Part shown: positions 28,313 to 41,849 of the stretch, one piece after another | How the letters are laid out: each line of letters opens with the position of its first letter | Position numbering within the stretch: the stretch's first letter is position 1 | Assembly (NCBI GenBank): GCA_964016885.1 | Contig: OZ024740.1 | Coordinates: 206,708,001 to 206,772,000, forward strand | Length of the DNA: 64,000 bases | From: Eledone cirrhosa | Lineage: Eukaryota | Direction of reading: 5' to 3' | Notes under the pieces: generated by a model | Told to the model about the DNA's origin: nothing | Databases searched by the model: none | The model's input: only the letters and a program-made list of their open reading frames with translations | Program-made: the position numbers and the translations under genes

Positions 28313-28578
28313 GTCCCCCACCCCTACTCTCAAGCGTGAACCTAATACTAACACTGTTTTTACTGTACTCTTCGTTATTGTTTTTGTTTTTTGTTTTAAC
28401 TTATACATCTATATATATATATAAATACCCCCTCCGCCTCCGTGGTATTTTCTTTGGGGTTATAAGAGGCTTAGCTCTGTTTCTCGACCGTTATATCGCG
28501 TGACTATCTCCCCCTCCGCCTTTTGGGATTCTTTCTCACGTCGTGTAGACGCGTTCTTGAGACTAGTAAAATGAGGAA

Positions 28579-28668
28579 TCCTCTTGATAAGTCGGCAGAC
28601 CTCGCAAGGACTCTATATCTTTATGATGTATTATTTTTGTTTATGCCACGAAACTACGTAGTCGAGGA
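28579..28668 (+). ncRNA. Type I hammerhead, U3-A8 variant (copy 1)
   Basis: Stem I tcctc/gagga; TTGATAA; stem II gtcggca...tgccac; GAAA-ctacgtag-TC. Confidence 0.78.
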
Positions 28669-29171
28669 ATCTAGGAGCAGTTTAGGTATGATACATTTTA
28701 TTACTAATTATATCTAAATGTTTCTTCTCTCTTCATAATGTATTTTTAACTCTGATACTGGTTCAGTCTAGTTCAACCGGATTGGTCTGTCCCAGTCATT
28801 CATTGAGCAACATCGGTGAAGTTGGCACCCTTAACTCACGGTTGGGTGCGGATGCATTCATGTATATGTGTGTGTCCGCATGTATCTGTGTGTTTCTAAA
28901 TATATTGTTAATAACTCCCTCTGGTCGAGCAATCTTTGAAGTGTGGGGACTGCTGGAAAGCTTCCATTACTCATACTTCTCGCCTCCTTCACCACCTCTT
29001 CTACGGCTTCGATATACATACCCCCTCCGCCTCCGTGGTATTTTCTTCGGGGTTATAAGAGGCTTAGCTCTGTTTCTCGACCGTTATATCGCGTGACTAT
29101 CTCCCCCTCCGCCTTTTGGGATTCTTTCTCACGTCGTATAGACGCGTTCTTGAGACTAGTAAAATGAGGTA

Positions 29172-29261
29172 TCCTCTTGATAAGTCGGCAGACCTCGCAA
29201 GGACTCTATATCTTTATGATGTATTGTTTTTGTTTATGCCACGAAACTACGTAGTCGAGGA
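29172..29261 (+). ncRNA. Type I hammerhead, U3-A8 variant (copy 2)
   Basis: Same core and stems as 28579-28668. Confidence 0.78.
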
Positions 29262-29330
29262 ATCTAGGAGCAGTTTAGGTATGATACATTTTATTACTAA
29301 TTATATCTAAATGTTTCTTCTCTCTTCCTA

Positions 29331-29444
<114 letters not shown>

Positions 29445-29769
29445 GGTTGGGATGCTTAGAGCGTCCGTATACGGTAGGCCATTTGAGCACTCGATGCTTT
29501 TACAGAGCAGAGTATAATATCACATATATCATTATACAATACTTTGCTCCCCATAGTTACCTCCCTTTACATTCTGATTTTAAATTGTGTCAAATACCGT
29601 GCAAGCATGGCTGTGTTAAATTGAGTCAATATCCGTGCAAGCATGGCTGTGTGGTTAAAGAGTTCTTAGCAATCATATGTTTCCAGGTCGATTCCTATCG
29701 CGTGGATCCTTGGCCAAGTGAACTCTATAATCCTCAGTATATTTTTTACAAATCTGACTGTCGCCTTTC

Positions 29770-30120
29770 TTATTTTACGGAGGAAATCAGCAGTGCGGGG
29801 CCCAAGGGCGCCATGATGTCAGCGGAGACCGGTTCAAAGAGAAAGCGGTCGGTCAGGCACTGGTATTTAACTATCTTCCTGTCCTCTGCTTTGAGGGCAG
29901 CGGAGTCCGGATTTGTGGCCGAAGCGACAAGGCTGGAGGCGGAGAGAAGCGACGCCGCGTCTCACAGGGATTTACCTCCTTCGAAAGGAAAGAGGGTTAA
30001 TCCGTCGGAACTATTACTATCGTCACGGTCGAGGCCAGCTGACTCCAGTTGGGAGGGGAAGCTGGCTGCGTCGAGGCTCCTCTTGATGCTGCCATTTATA
30101 GCGGCGTGTCGGGGGGATAC
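29770..30120 (-). pseudogene. CRE-clade restriction-like endonuclease fragment; duplicated at 30947-31200
   Basis: Minus-strand translation RHAAINGSIKRSLDAA..DGLTLFPFEGGKSL..AEDRKIVKY. Confidence 0.7.
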
Positions 30121-30584
30121 GGCCTGCAACTAAGGCAGCAAGATAACGGAACTCAACAACATTGATCGGATCAACTGGAACAATCATCGTCGTAACCGAC
30201 GGAGTGTCTCAGTATGTATGTATGTATGTATGTATGTATGTATGTATGTATGTATGTATGTATGTATGTATGTATGCATTGTTGTATGTGTGTATGTTAG
30301 TGTTTGATGAATCACACACATGCATGTATATAGCTTACTTATATGGAGTTTATCATGCACACACATACGCGAGATTGCGTGTGTGTTTACATATTGGTTA
30401 CATGTCTGATGATGATTTCAAACAGGTAGAATGTTACAAATAATGGGAGAATGTCAGAATGAGTTAATTGACATCAGTAAGTAACTGATAATTATTTATT
30501 TAACCGACTGTAATCATGTTAACGTTAGCCTTGACAGACTTTAAAATCAGAATGTAAAGGGAGGTAACTACGGGGAGCAAAGTA

Positions 30585-30713
30585 TTCTTTCTAAAACTGG
30601 GACAAGGCCGACAAATTAGGGCCAGAAGAAAGTTGATTATATCGAACCCAGCACTTATTTTATCGACCCCGGAAGTATAAACTGCAAAGTTGACCTCGGT
30701 GGGATTTGAACTT
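30585..30713 (-). mobile_element. SINE fragment
   Basis: Family core, diverged. Confidence 0.65.
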
Positions 30714-32385
30714 AAAGAACCAAGTAGAACTAATAGAACTAAAAGATGTAGTAACCAATAGTAATAAATAAGCGAGTATAATATATATGGCTATCTACCT
30801 AATTATCTTAAAATCACTTGACCTTTAACTCTACAAAATACTTCAGCAATGTTGGTATAGTCACTGCCTCCTCCTCTCTCGCTCTCCCCATCTCTCACTA
30901 TGTGCGTAATATGTGTTCCTGTAATATATTCATATACAACAGATCCTAACTATCTTCCTGTCCTCTGCTTTGAGGGCAGCGGAGTCCGGATTTGTGGCCG
31001 AAGCGACAAGGCTGGAGGCGGAGAGAAGCGACGCCGCGTCTCACAGGGATTTACCTCCTTCGAAAGGAAAGAGGGTTAATCCGTCGGAACTATTACTATC
31101 GTCACGGTCGAGGCCAGCTGACTCCAGTTGGGAGGGGAAGCTGGCTGCGTCGAGGCTCCTCTTGATGCTGCCATTTATAGCGGCGTGTCGGGGGGATACG
31201 AACACAAGAGAGCCAAACTCCCACCATCACTACCTCCGCCTCTCCCGCTCTCCCCATCTCTCACTTTTGTGAGCAAATGGGGGCCCACGCGCTGGCAGCC
31301 CTGTGGCCCCGGCGGACAGAATAGAGAAAGTGTTTCCTCAGAGGATGATGAGAGAGACGCGTTGGAAGAGCTATTCCAGCTCGCGAGGCTCACACCTGCA
31401 GGTAGCCAACTCTGTGCCAATGGTGGTGAGCAGTGAGGTGGCCCTAGGGCCAAGGACACCAGAAGTCTCCACAGCCACGGGCTCGACCAAAAACCCGTCG
31501 GAGAGTGACCTATATTTGGAGCTATTATAAGCAAATGGTGGGCCCACAAGCTGGCCGCCCCGTGGCCCCGGCAGACAGAATAGAGAACTTCCTAGCTGCT
31601 TTATAACTTCCCATTTTTCTTTATCTTATTTATTTTTTAGCATTTTTATTTAATTAAACATTTTTTTTTAATTTAAAAAACTTAATTCTTATTTTTATAT
31701 TTACTTATTTCTGTATATCTTGGTTTTTGTCTCTCAACTGCAAGAAGTACTTGATACTTCCCCTAGTCTGTCATGGCTTACTAGCTTTATACGGACGTTT
31801 AGATTAAATAAATAGATAAATAAATAAATAAAAACACTACTGAGCATTTGTCCGCTATTCTAATCACTCAGCCAAGCTCCTGTCCTTATTATATAAATAA
31901 TTGCTTCTTCTTTGGCACAAGGCCAGCAATTTAAAGGGGCGTTACTGGTATTTTATGTTACACGGATGATAATGGTTTCTGCGTTTGGAATCCGGCCTTC
32001 TGTTGTCTTTTATATATAGTGAACCTCCGGCATTCGCGGTCCCAGTTATTCACAGAATTTTCCTTAGAACCTAACTAATAATTGTTCATGGAAACCACCG
32101 CATATTTGCGGAATCGTAAATATCTTCCGCGACTTTTTTTAATGGGTTTTTTCGTGGCAATATATATATATTTTTAACGCTAAACTATTAATAACAATAT
32201 ACCGTATTTGCCGGCCCATTGGACGCCCCTTCGCATAAGACGCTCTCTCTTTTTTAATTATATTTTGCGTAATATTTTGACGTTTATAGTCATTTTTATG
32301 GATCACGTCCAATATTCGCGGTTTTTCACTCTTTGTGGGTGCTCTAGGAACGTAACTCCTCCGAATACCGGGGGATAAAACTCTC

Positions 32386-32466
<81 letters not shown>

Positions 32467-32501
32467 CTCTCGCTCTGTATATATATATAAATAAATATAT
32501 A

Positions 32502-32808
32502 TATAAGTATGTATACGTACATACATATATGTATACAGACGTACAGTAGTATGTATATATATATATATACATGCACACAGATATATATATGTACGTATGG
32601 ATTCACCGAACATTTATTATAATGCTCGGTGTGTTTGTAAACAAACATCCCGAATTAAGCCGTACAGTGTCTAGCAACCATCCGAGCATTATAATAAATG
32701 TTCGGTGAATCCATACGTACATATATATATGTGTGCATGTATGTATATATATATACATACTACTGTACGTCTGTATACATATATGTATGTACGTGTACAT
32801 ACTTATAT
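32502..32808. repeat. Inverted repeat, ~125-bp arms, ~50-bp spacer
   Basis: gtacgtatggattcaccgaacatttattataatgctcgg ... ccgagcattataataaatgttcggtgaatccatacgtac. Confidence 0.85.
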
Positions 32809-32862
32809 TTAAGTAACAGCCGTACTAAGAGTGAGAAATGAAATTTCGTTTCATTTTTTCCG

Positions 32863-32911
<49 letters not shown>

Positions 32912-33272
32912 AGAAGGTAGTACAGCATAATCGAAGCTCTGGTTGCAGACAAGCTAACGAATGCTGTCGGGAAGTGCAGCCAAAAGCACTCAATAAGGAA
33001 TTTTACCTTAGAGTTATAACATTACGTTTAGACAGCTATGCAAATTGAAGACAGCGACCGAAATGCGAGCCGCTAGGACCAGAACAACGAAAAAAACCGA
33101 CTCAGGAAAATCTTATAGTGTAAATAAAGTTTCATACACTTAACATGTTAAGTGTATAAAAATTTGTTTGCACTAAACAAGCTATCTTCCAACAGATCGA
33201 GCACTGTTTTCCTTGATTTTTCATCTCCGGATATATATATATATCCGTGTTAAGTGTATGAAACTTTGTTTG

Positions 33273-33379
<107 letters not shown>

Positions 33380-33784
33380 TGGTTACACAACAGTTAGTTC
33401 ACCATACCGAGAACAATTGTTTCACCTTAGCGGATCCTCAGCTTGTAATGGACATGGTTATACGGAACAGGAAGGACAACCGTACGAACGCGCATGCGTA
33501 GAAACGATCACTTCACACAGGCAATACTAAAATGCGTGCGAGAGGTGTAAGGGAGATAACTGTGAAAGTCCGAAAAGTTTCTAGTTGATAAGAACATTAG
33601 GATGTTGTTGTAATTCAATCCGGAGCTTTGTAGTTACGTAAGAGGTGTTTCGAGACGTGTGGACAACGTGTGAAGAATTCATTTTTCGTGTTTAGGCAAT
33701 CGCTATTGCCGGAAAACCCGCCTCTTCAACGACGGAGTAGCCTGGGCAAAGAAGTCAACAACTTCAGACCTATTCGACGTCTCC

Positions 33785-34950
33785 ATGGGATCGTTTGACA
33801 GTGCTGACGTATGCGACTTGGTTGGTCTATTTATTTTAGACATATTACGTGTTAGATTCCCGGACTTCCACACGGGAATATACCGTGACGATGGACTGAT
33901 TTTATCGAGCCATAAAAGTGGTCACGACCTTGACTGGTTTAAAAAAGACTTAGCTTCTACCTTCAATGAGTTAGGACTTAGGATAACAGTAGCTACCAAC
34001 CTCTCTAGCGTATATTTCTTAGACATTAATTTAGACCTTCGCACACACACCTACAGACCCTTCCATAAGCTAAACGAAAAACTCAATTACATTCACAAGG
34101 ACTCATGCCACCCTCCCACTGTATTTAGAAACTTCGTAAATAATATAAGTACTAGAATCTCAAACATCTCCTCTAATAAGGCTATCTTTGACAGGGCGGC
34201 ACCCTCCTATAACACGGCGTTAGCTAACAGCGGCTTCTCGCAACCTATCAGTTACTCTCCCACTATCAACAACAGCAATAAGAAAAGAAAACGTAACAAT
34301 AAACAAACTATCTGGTTCTCTCCTCCCTTCTCACTCAACGTTAAAACCAATGTAGGCAAAACATTTCTAGCCCTCTTAGATAGACACTTTCCCATACGTC
34401 ATAAATACCGCTCCATCTTTAACCGACACAAAGTTAAACTAGGATACTCCTGCGCTAAGAACATGAAGGCCCACATCACCAACAGCCCTAAGAGCAACAC
34501 TCCACCAGGGTGCTCTTGCCGTAAGCCCGAAGCTTGTCCCCTTCAACAGCAATGTAACACACCCGCTGTAGTTTATGAAGCTGTGGTCACTTCCAACCGA
34601 CCAAATCAGCCACAAGAGGTCAAATCCTATGTGGGTATGGGGAGGGCCGATTTAAGGAACGCTTCCTGAACCACCAGTCTACCTTCAGATACCCGGAAGA
34701 CATTCATCCACGAAACTCGCGAGCCAAGCCACGTATGGTCCTTCAAGGACTCAAGTATAGACTACTCCATTCAATGGAAAGCCATCACTAAGTCCAAGCC
34801 ATACGCAAGAGGAAATCCGTCGTGTGGACTATGTATTGATGAACGAATAAATATTCTAAAGAGATTATGCAATAGCGATTGCCTAAACACGAAAAATGAA
34901 TTCTTCACACGTTGTCCACACGTCTCGAAACACCTCTTACGTAACTACAA
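33785..34950 (+). pseudogene. PLE reverse transcriptase C-terminal part + GIY-YIG endonuclease (frameshift near 34650)
   Basis: MGSFDSADVCDLVG, GIYRDDGL, FLDI, CSCRKPEACPL, VVYEA..SYVG. Confidence 0.9.
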
Positions 34951-35126
34951 AGCTCCGGATTGAATTACAACAACATCCTAATTTTCTTATCAACTAGAAA
35001 CTTTTCAGACTTTCGCAGTTATCGCCCTTACACCTCTCGCACGCATTTTAGTATTGCCTGTGTGAAATGATCGTTTCTACGCATGCGCGTTCGTACGGTT
35101 GTCCTTCCTGTTCCGTATAACCATGT

Positions 35127-35176
35127 CCATTACGAGCTGAGGATCCGCTAAGGTGAAACAATTGTTCTCGGTATGG
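35127..35176 (+). ncRNA. Minimal type I hammerhead in pLTR (mirror copy ~33402-33451, minus)
   Basis: ccat-ta-cgag CTGAGGA t-cc-gctaa-gg-t GAAA caattg TT ctcg-gt-atgg; palindromic stem III. Confidence 0.7.
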
Positions 35177-35265
35177 TGAACTAATTATTGTGTAACCACT
35201 TCTACCTAACTCGTCCCATGGACTGAGTGCTCTACCACTACGGATATTACCTTCCAGTGTTCTAC

Positions 35266-35299
<34 letters not shown>

Positions 35300-35613
35300 T
35301 AAACAAAGTTAAGTTTCATACACTTAACACGGATATCGCCAAAGAGTGACTTTCAGAAGTATCTTTAATCTATAGAATATATTTCACTTGTTTACATTTT
35401 ATATGTCTTCACCATGTTTTTGTCGAGATTTTGTGGTGATTTTTAAATGATATTTTTCTTTTTATCTAATATTTTTCAAATGATATTCTTTTTCAAATGA
35501 TATTCTTTTTAATATATATCTTTTTTGTGATAATTTTGATAATGTTTCTAAATATACTTATGATGTAAGTAATAATATTTTTATATAGAATTTAACACAT
35601 GCATTGATGTAGA

Positions 35614-35800
35614 TAATTGTTTCTACTTTTGGCACAAGGCCATCAATTATCCCAGTGCATTACTGGTACTTTATTTTATCGACCTCGTAAGGATGAAAGG
35701 CAAAGTCAACCTCGGCGGGATTTGAACTCAGATCGTAAAGGGACGTAACTATGCTGGAAAGCATGGTGTCTGACCCTCTACCGATACTGCCAATCCACCG
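35614..35800 (-). mobile_element. tRNA-derived SINE with TSD
   Basis: Family core; gatgtagataat duplicated at both ends. Confidence 0.85.
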
Positions 35801-36397
35801 GATGTAGATAATACTATCTAAATGCATATATAAAAGAATTCTCATCTTTGAAAACATCTAATATACCTTATAATCATATACAAAATAATATATTAAATTT
35901 TTCTACTTATATTCCGCATATATCTTAATTGTATATTTCTTTAAAAGTAAATTCTAGAATTAAATGACAAATGTAACATATTATTTTAACCAAGAAAAAT
36001 TGGAGTTATCTTTCCCTTTATAATCTAACACGCTTAAACATTGCTTCTACGTAAAAACTTTACATAAATATTTATTTTCGTTGACTTAATACATTTTTTG
36101 TGAATGTTTCCTATCTTGATTGAACTATCTAAATGTACAAAACAATCTTCTCAAATAAAATTTATAACTACGTCCTTTTCTTAACTATATATTGAAAATG
36201 TAAACACAAAATTCTTCGTAACCCTTAACATATATAAAAATATTTCATTTAAATTATCTATCTAGTGGAAATAACAACATATATACTCACCAAAAATATT
36301 TATATAAATACATATATAAATAAACCGTTGTAATATAATAAACTAATATATATACTTGCAGCCTTAAAATATACTTATAAATATTATCTGTATAATA

Positions 36398-36584
36398 TAA
36401 TTGTTTCTACGTTTAGCACAAGGCCAGCAATTACCCAGTGCATTACTGGTACTTTATTTTATCGACCCCGTAAGGATGAAAGGTAAAGTTAACCTCGGCG
36501 GGATTTGAATTCAGAATGGCAAGGGCCGTAACTCTATACGTCAAAGCATGACGTCCGACCCTCTACCGATACTGCCAATCCACC
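36398..36584 (-). mobile_element. tRNA-derived SINE
   Basis: Family core. Confidence 0.82.
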
Positions 36585-36798
36585 AATAACTCATGATTTG
36601 AATAGATCCAATAATTTGTTGTATATCTCAATTATTTAAAAAATTTTAATTGGTATTCTACCACTTCAACACATTCTTAACTCTCATATTATTTTATAGA
36701 TACTACCAAAATATATGATTATATAATTAAATAATTAAATATAATTATATCACACTCTTTACACCATCACTGATATGATCCATACAATTTTATCCTAA

Positions 36799-36980
36799 TA
36801 ATTGTTTCTACTTTTGGAACAAGGCCATCAATTACCCAGTACATTACTGGTACTTTATTTTATCGACCCCGCAAGGATGAAAGGCAAAGTTAACCTCGGT
36901 GGGATTTGAACTCAGACCGTAAAGGGACGTAACTATGCTGGAAAGCATGGCGTCTGACCCTCTATCGATACTGCCAATCC
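36799..36980 (-). mobile_element. tRNA-derived SINE
   Basis: Family core; tcctaataat at both ends. Confidence 0.82.
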
Positions 36981-37196
36981 TAATAATAATAGTGTATTTC
37001 TAACTATAATTTTTTCTTATAAAAATTCCTTAAATTTTCTTACACCATAATATTAATATTAGCCTCTCTTTTTTTCTTTCTTCTTCCATTTATAAATTAT
37101 CCTAATAATTATTTAAATTTACCTAGCGTCTAAATATAACGATCTTTTTTCAGCCTTATGTTTCAACCCTATTTACATATTCATCCTAAAGATTTA

Positions 37197-38026
<830 letters not shown>

Positions 38027-38099
38027 TATTAATTTTTCTTTTCACGTTACTTCTTACTTTTTATCTCTCTATTTTAACTTTTATTCTTAATTCTATTTT

Positions 38100-38127
38100 C
38101 TGATGAAGGACTAGCGTTCGAAACGTT
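38100..38127 (+). ncRNA. Minimal PLE-type hammerhead core
   Basis: CTGATGA-a-ggac-tagc-gttc-GAAACGTT; stem I not evident. Confidence 0.5.
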
Positions 38128-38309
38128 AACACTCTTTTCCTGTTATTTCAAGCGTTAAACCAATATATTTCTTCAATGTACTGTATCGTTTGCTTTGTTA
38201 TTTGTTTACTTTTTACACACACATACACACACACACTTACGCACACACACACGCACACACACACACACATGCACACACACACACACACACACAGAAATGC
38301 TAATCAATC

Positions 38310-38680
38310 ACAGTTGATTGGAGTTCGATTCAGAGACCGGGTGGTGCCTTGAGTCCTTGATCAAGGCACTTCATTTCCCATTACTCCAATTCACTCAGTT
38401 GAAAACGAGAGCTAGCATCGGCTGGGGATTAAACTTGCAATGAAATGGTAGCCAGCCCAGGGAGTGGATCTTGTACTTTTAATCGTTTAATGCCACATGA
38501 AATGGCAGCCAACCCAGGGAGAGATCTTGCACTCTCAATCGTTTAATGCCACATGAAATGGCAGCCAACCCAGAGGGGAATCTTGCACTCTCAATCTTTA
38601 ATGCCGCATATAATGGCGGCCACCCTAGGGGAAAATTCTTGTACTCTCAGTTGTTTAATGCCATATGAAACCAGGTTAAG
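38310..38680 (+). mobile_element. Diverged SINE (second family) with ~58-bp tandem 3' repeats
   Basis: gagttcgatt, gtccttgatcaaggcactt; four units tgaaatggcagccaacccaggg...tttaatgccaca. Confidence 0.6.
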
Positions 38681-39769
38681 TCCCACTCCGATGAGACTCT
38701 ATGGTTGAAAATAATTTTACGGTGTGGTATTTATTTACATCCAGGGAGACCTGGCTATTTGAGTTGTGGTGGGAAGCGAATGGACCTACCTTTCGTCTCT
38801 GCTTGGATTCCGACTGAATGTCCACAATTACAGAGCCTCTCTCGCACACAATCATATCACGTCTACACCAGGCTACGATCTGACGAAAAAGAGACAATGA
38901 TAGGCACCCGAACCCTGATATGACGTCACTGGTCCCTCGCATCCGACAAGACCTCCCCACACTTCCGGCACTTTTTTTTCGGCAGCCCCGTAGTGTAAAA
39001 GTGTATCAGGCTTTGGTGCTTTGTGGGTAGAATGGGGGATTCAGAAAATTCTGCGCGGACACCTCTAATCCGCAGTAATACTAAGGCGGATTTTTGGAAT
39101 AAGTTATCACAGTAACATTTCTAAATTTGAAGGTGCACCATTGAAAAGTAGGGGGTATTGTCAAACAGTGCTCACTTTTGGTTATAGGTCCGTATAAACA
39201 TAAGACTATTGCTAGGAGATAATCTTTTGTCAAGCTCTAAATTTGTAATCTGAAATCCTGTTCTCTGACACGTTCGTTCCCTAAGAAATATCGATAATTG
39301 AGATTAAAGAAGAAGAAAAAATAAAGATATATATTAATTCATGGCAATATAATGAATGAAAAAGCAGAGAAATAACAAAATACCATAATACTAAGATGGC
39401 GGTTGTTACGTGAAGAATATTAACTGAACTAATGACGTCAAACAAATGTTTTGCAGAATGTTTTCATGAAGGTGGAAATAGGAGAAATACTCGGAATGTT
39501 GTTCCTCGTTATACGTAGAATCATTCAGCTTTATAATAAACACTGACAGCCTGTTAGTAAACACTGGTCGTTGTCACTGAATATTTGGGAAGTTGGCCAA
39601 CAACATACAACTAAGGTTTCTCACATAATCAAGAAGCCTGAACTTTTGTTTCGTATTAGACGAACCGAAATTGGAATTTGTTTTCTTCATGCTTTCCCCA
39701 TAACCACCCACGCCTCTCTCTCACACGTCTCAGAAGTTATAAAAGAAAAGTCACGGGCGTGTATGTCTG

Positions 39770-39812
<43 letters not shown>

Positions 39813-40030
39813 CTGGGATGGACACACGCGTATAACTTGCTGAGTAAGTTCTGTTTAAATTTCTATAGAAATTCTTGTCTGATAACTTTAATTTTTGTAC
39901 CATTTTGTAGAGGGACTGCCAGGTCAAACTTTGATCTGGTCAGTCTCTCAAAATATTCTACGCCTTTAGGCGAAATAGTTAAACAAAAAAAAAAAAGTTT
40001 TTTCTTGTTGAAAAGTCAATATTTTTTTAA

Positions 40031-41825
40031 ATGGCCGAAGCTTCTTCACCAAAATTCGAAGGAGGAAAGGGGAAGATGAACTTACAGCTTCCCCCTGCCA
40101 CTGTCACAGTAGCAGAGGTCAAGAAGAAAGGTCAGCCAGAGGAAGAATTCTCTCCACCTGTTAACCGACAACTTGACGTTGCCATGGCAACAACCCAAAG
40201 AATCAGCAGCAACAGCAACAACAACAACAATGCGACGGACGAAAACAACACCAATAACAATAACAATAACAACAACAACAAGACCAATAACGGTGACAAC
40301 AACAACAATGATAACAACAACACCACCAACGACAACAACAACAACACAAACAAACAAAATTTCTCCTTCGCCGAGACGACAAGGAAAACCCTCGACTATC
40401 TGCCAGTAGATATAACAAAAGCGAAGGAGCTACTGGCGGATGCGAAAAAATATATAGTGTACGGGGAAAATGGTTCATTCACAATCCATTCCCCCCCGGA
40501 ACTAAAAAGCCAGAGACTCCTAAACACGGTCATGTTTAGGACAATCTCGAACAAAAGTAAAAAACCAGCTCAACCATCACAGAGCGAGATAGAGCTGGTT
40601 TTAAAAGACGTCATGAAGGACATCACCTTCATTCAGAAGGATAGACTCTACGGGAGTCTATCCATTCTCATGAAGGACAGGGACACAGCAGTGAAACTGT
40701 CCATCAAACCAATCACATCCACCGCATACACCTTCTACCCTACGTACATGGGTAGAAGAACACAAAAAATAAAAATCCACACCATCCTGCCGATTATGGA
40801 CATATGGTGGGTTTTGACAGGTTTTCTGGACCTGGAGGATGACATGCTGGTGTCCATGGGAAAGGCATCGGGTGACGCGTTCAGTGGAACGAGCCTCGAA
40901 CTTGTAGTTCAAATGAGGCCCGAAAGGATCGCCCAGATCCCTGAACGCGTCATACTGGATGATCTAACCTTCATCAACATTACCGTTGAGGGTAGACGGC
41001 CCTCGTGTTACCTCTGCGGAACCAGAGGTCACCTGAGGGCTGTCTGTCCCCAACTTAATAAGAAAACCCCAATCCTGCCTACACCACCAACAACTGCACA
41101 ACCAACACAATCACCACAACTACCACTACAAAAACAACCACCACAGCTCAAACCAAAACAAAACAATGTCCAACCCATCCCCTCCACTCAAAAAACAAAA
41201 ACAATTTCCAAAACACCCGTACCGCAAACACAACCCGAAAATATACCCCTCCCCTCCAACGCGGAAGATGACCCTAGTTCGTCGTCAGACGAGGAGGAGC
41301 ACTTCCACACAATCAAAAGAAAAAAAAAGAAAACACACCTCAGACACACAAATGAAAAAAACCCCTCCCCAAAACATAACACTGACACCAACACAAAAGA
41401 GCTCACAACAGCAAACAAAAAACACCACACAAAAACAAAAACATGCATACACATACATAAATACAAGAAACAAAAAACTGTTAAACATTGTGTACAACAA
41501 CAATCTAATAAAAACACAAGGGCCTAACTTCACCCAGGCAGGGGATTTCCCCCACCTCAAAATGATTAAGGCCCCACAGGACACCTATAAAACTTTAAAA
41601 AACAATTTTAAAGAGGACGTGGGTCCCCCCTGCGTCGGGCCCATTAACCGCGTCCTCCTAAAAAACTATCCCACCCCCTCCCCAAACACCCACACAACTC
41701 CAAGCTCCCCAACCACACAACACACTGATGCCCCCACACTTCCACAAACCACCACCCCACCCAACAACCCATCCCCCACCCTAATGGAAATTGTGCAGCC
41801 CGATACCCGGGACGCAGAGAGGTAA
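40031..41825 (+). CDS. Tx1 ORF1 (zinc-knuckle protein), one frameshift in the A-rich linker
   Basis: CYLCGTRGHLRAVC knuckle; the C-terminus homologous to the second element lies in frame 41166-41825. Confidence 0.82.
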
Positions 41826-41849
41826 GTGCCTTTTCTCTTCACCACCAAC

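Noticed and set aside
29447-30133. 228-aa plus-strand ORF
   Set aside because: Chimera of repeat sequence and the antisense strand of a CRE fragment
41166-41527. Programmed frameshift in Tx1 ORF1
   Set aside because: The two elements shift in opposite directions (+1 versus -1) within homopolymer-rich sequence, so independent indels or assembly errors are more likely
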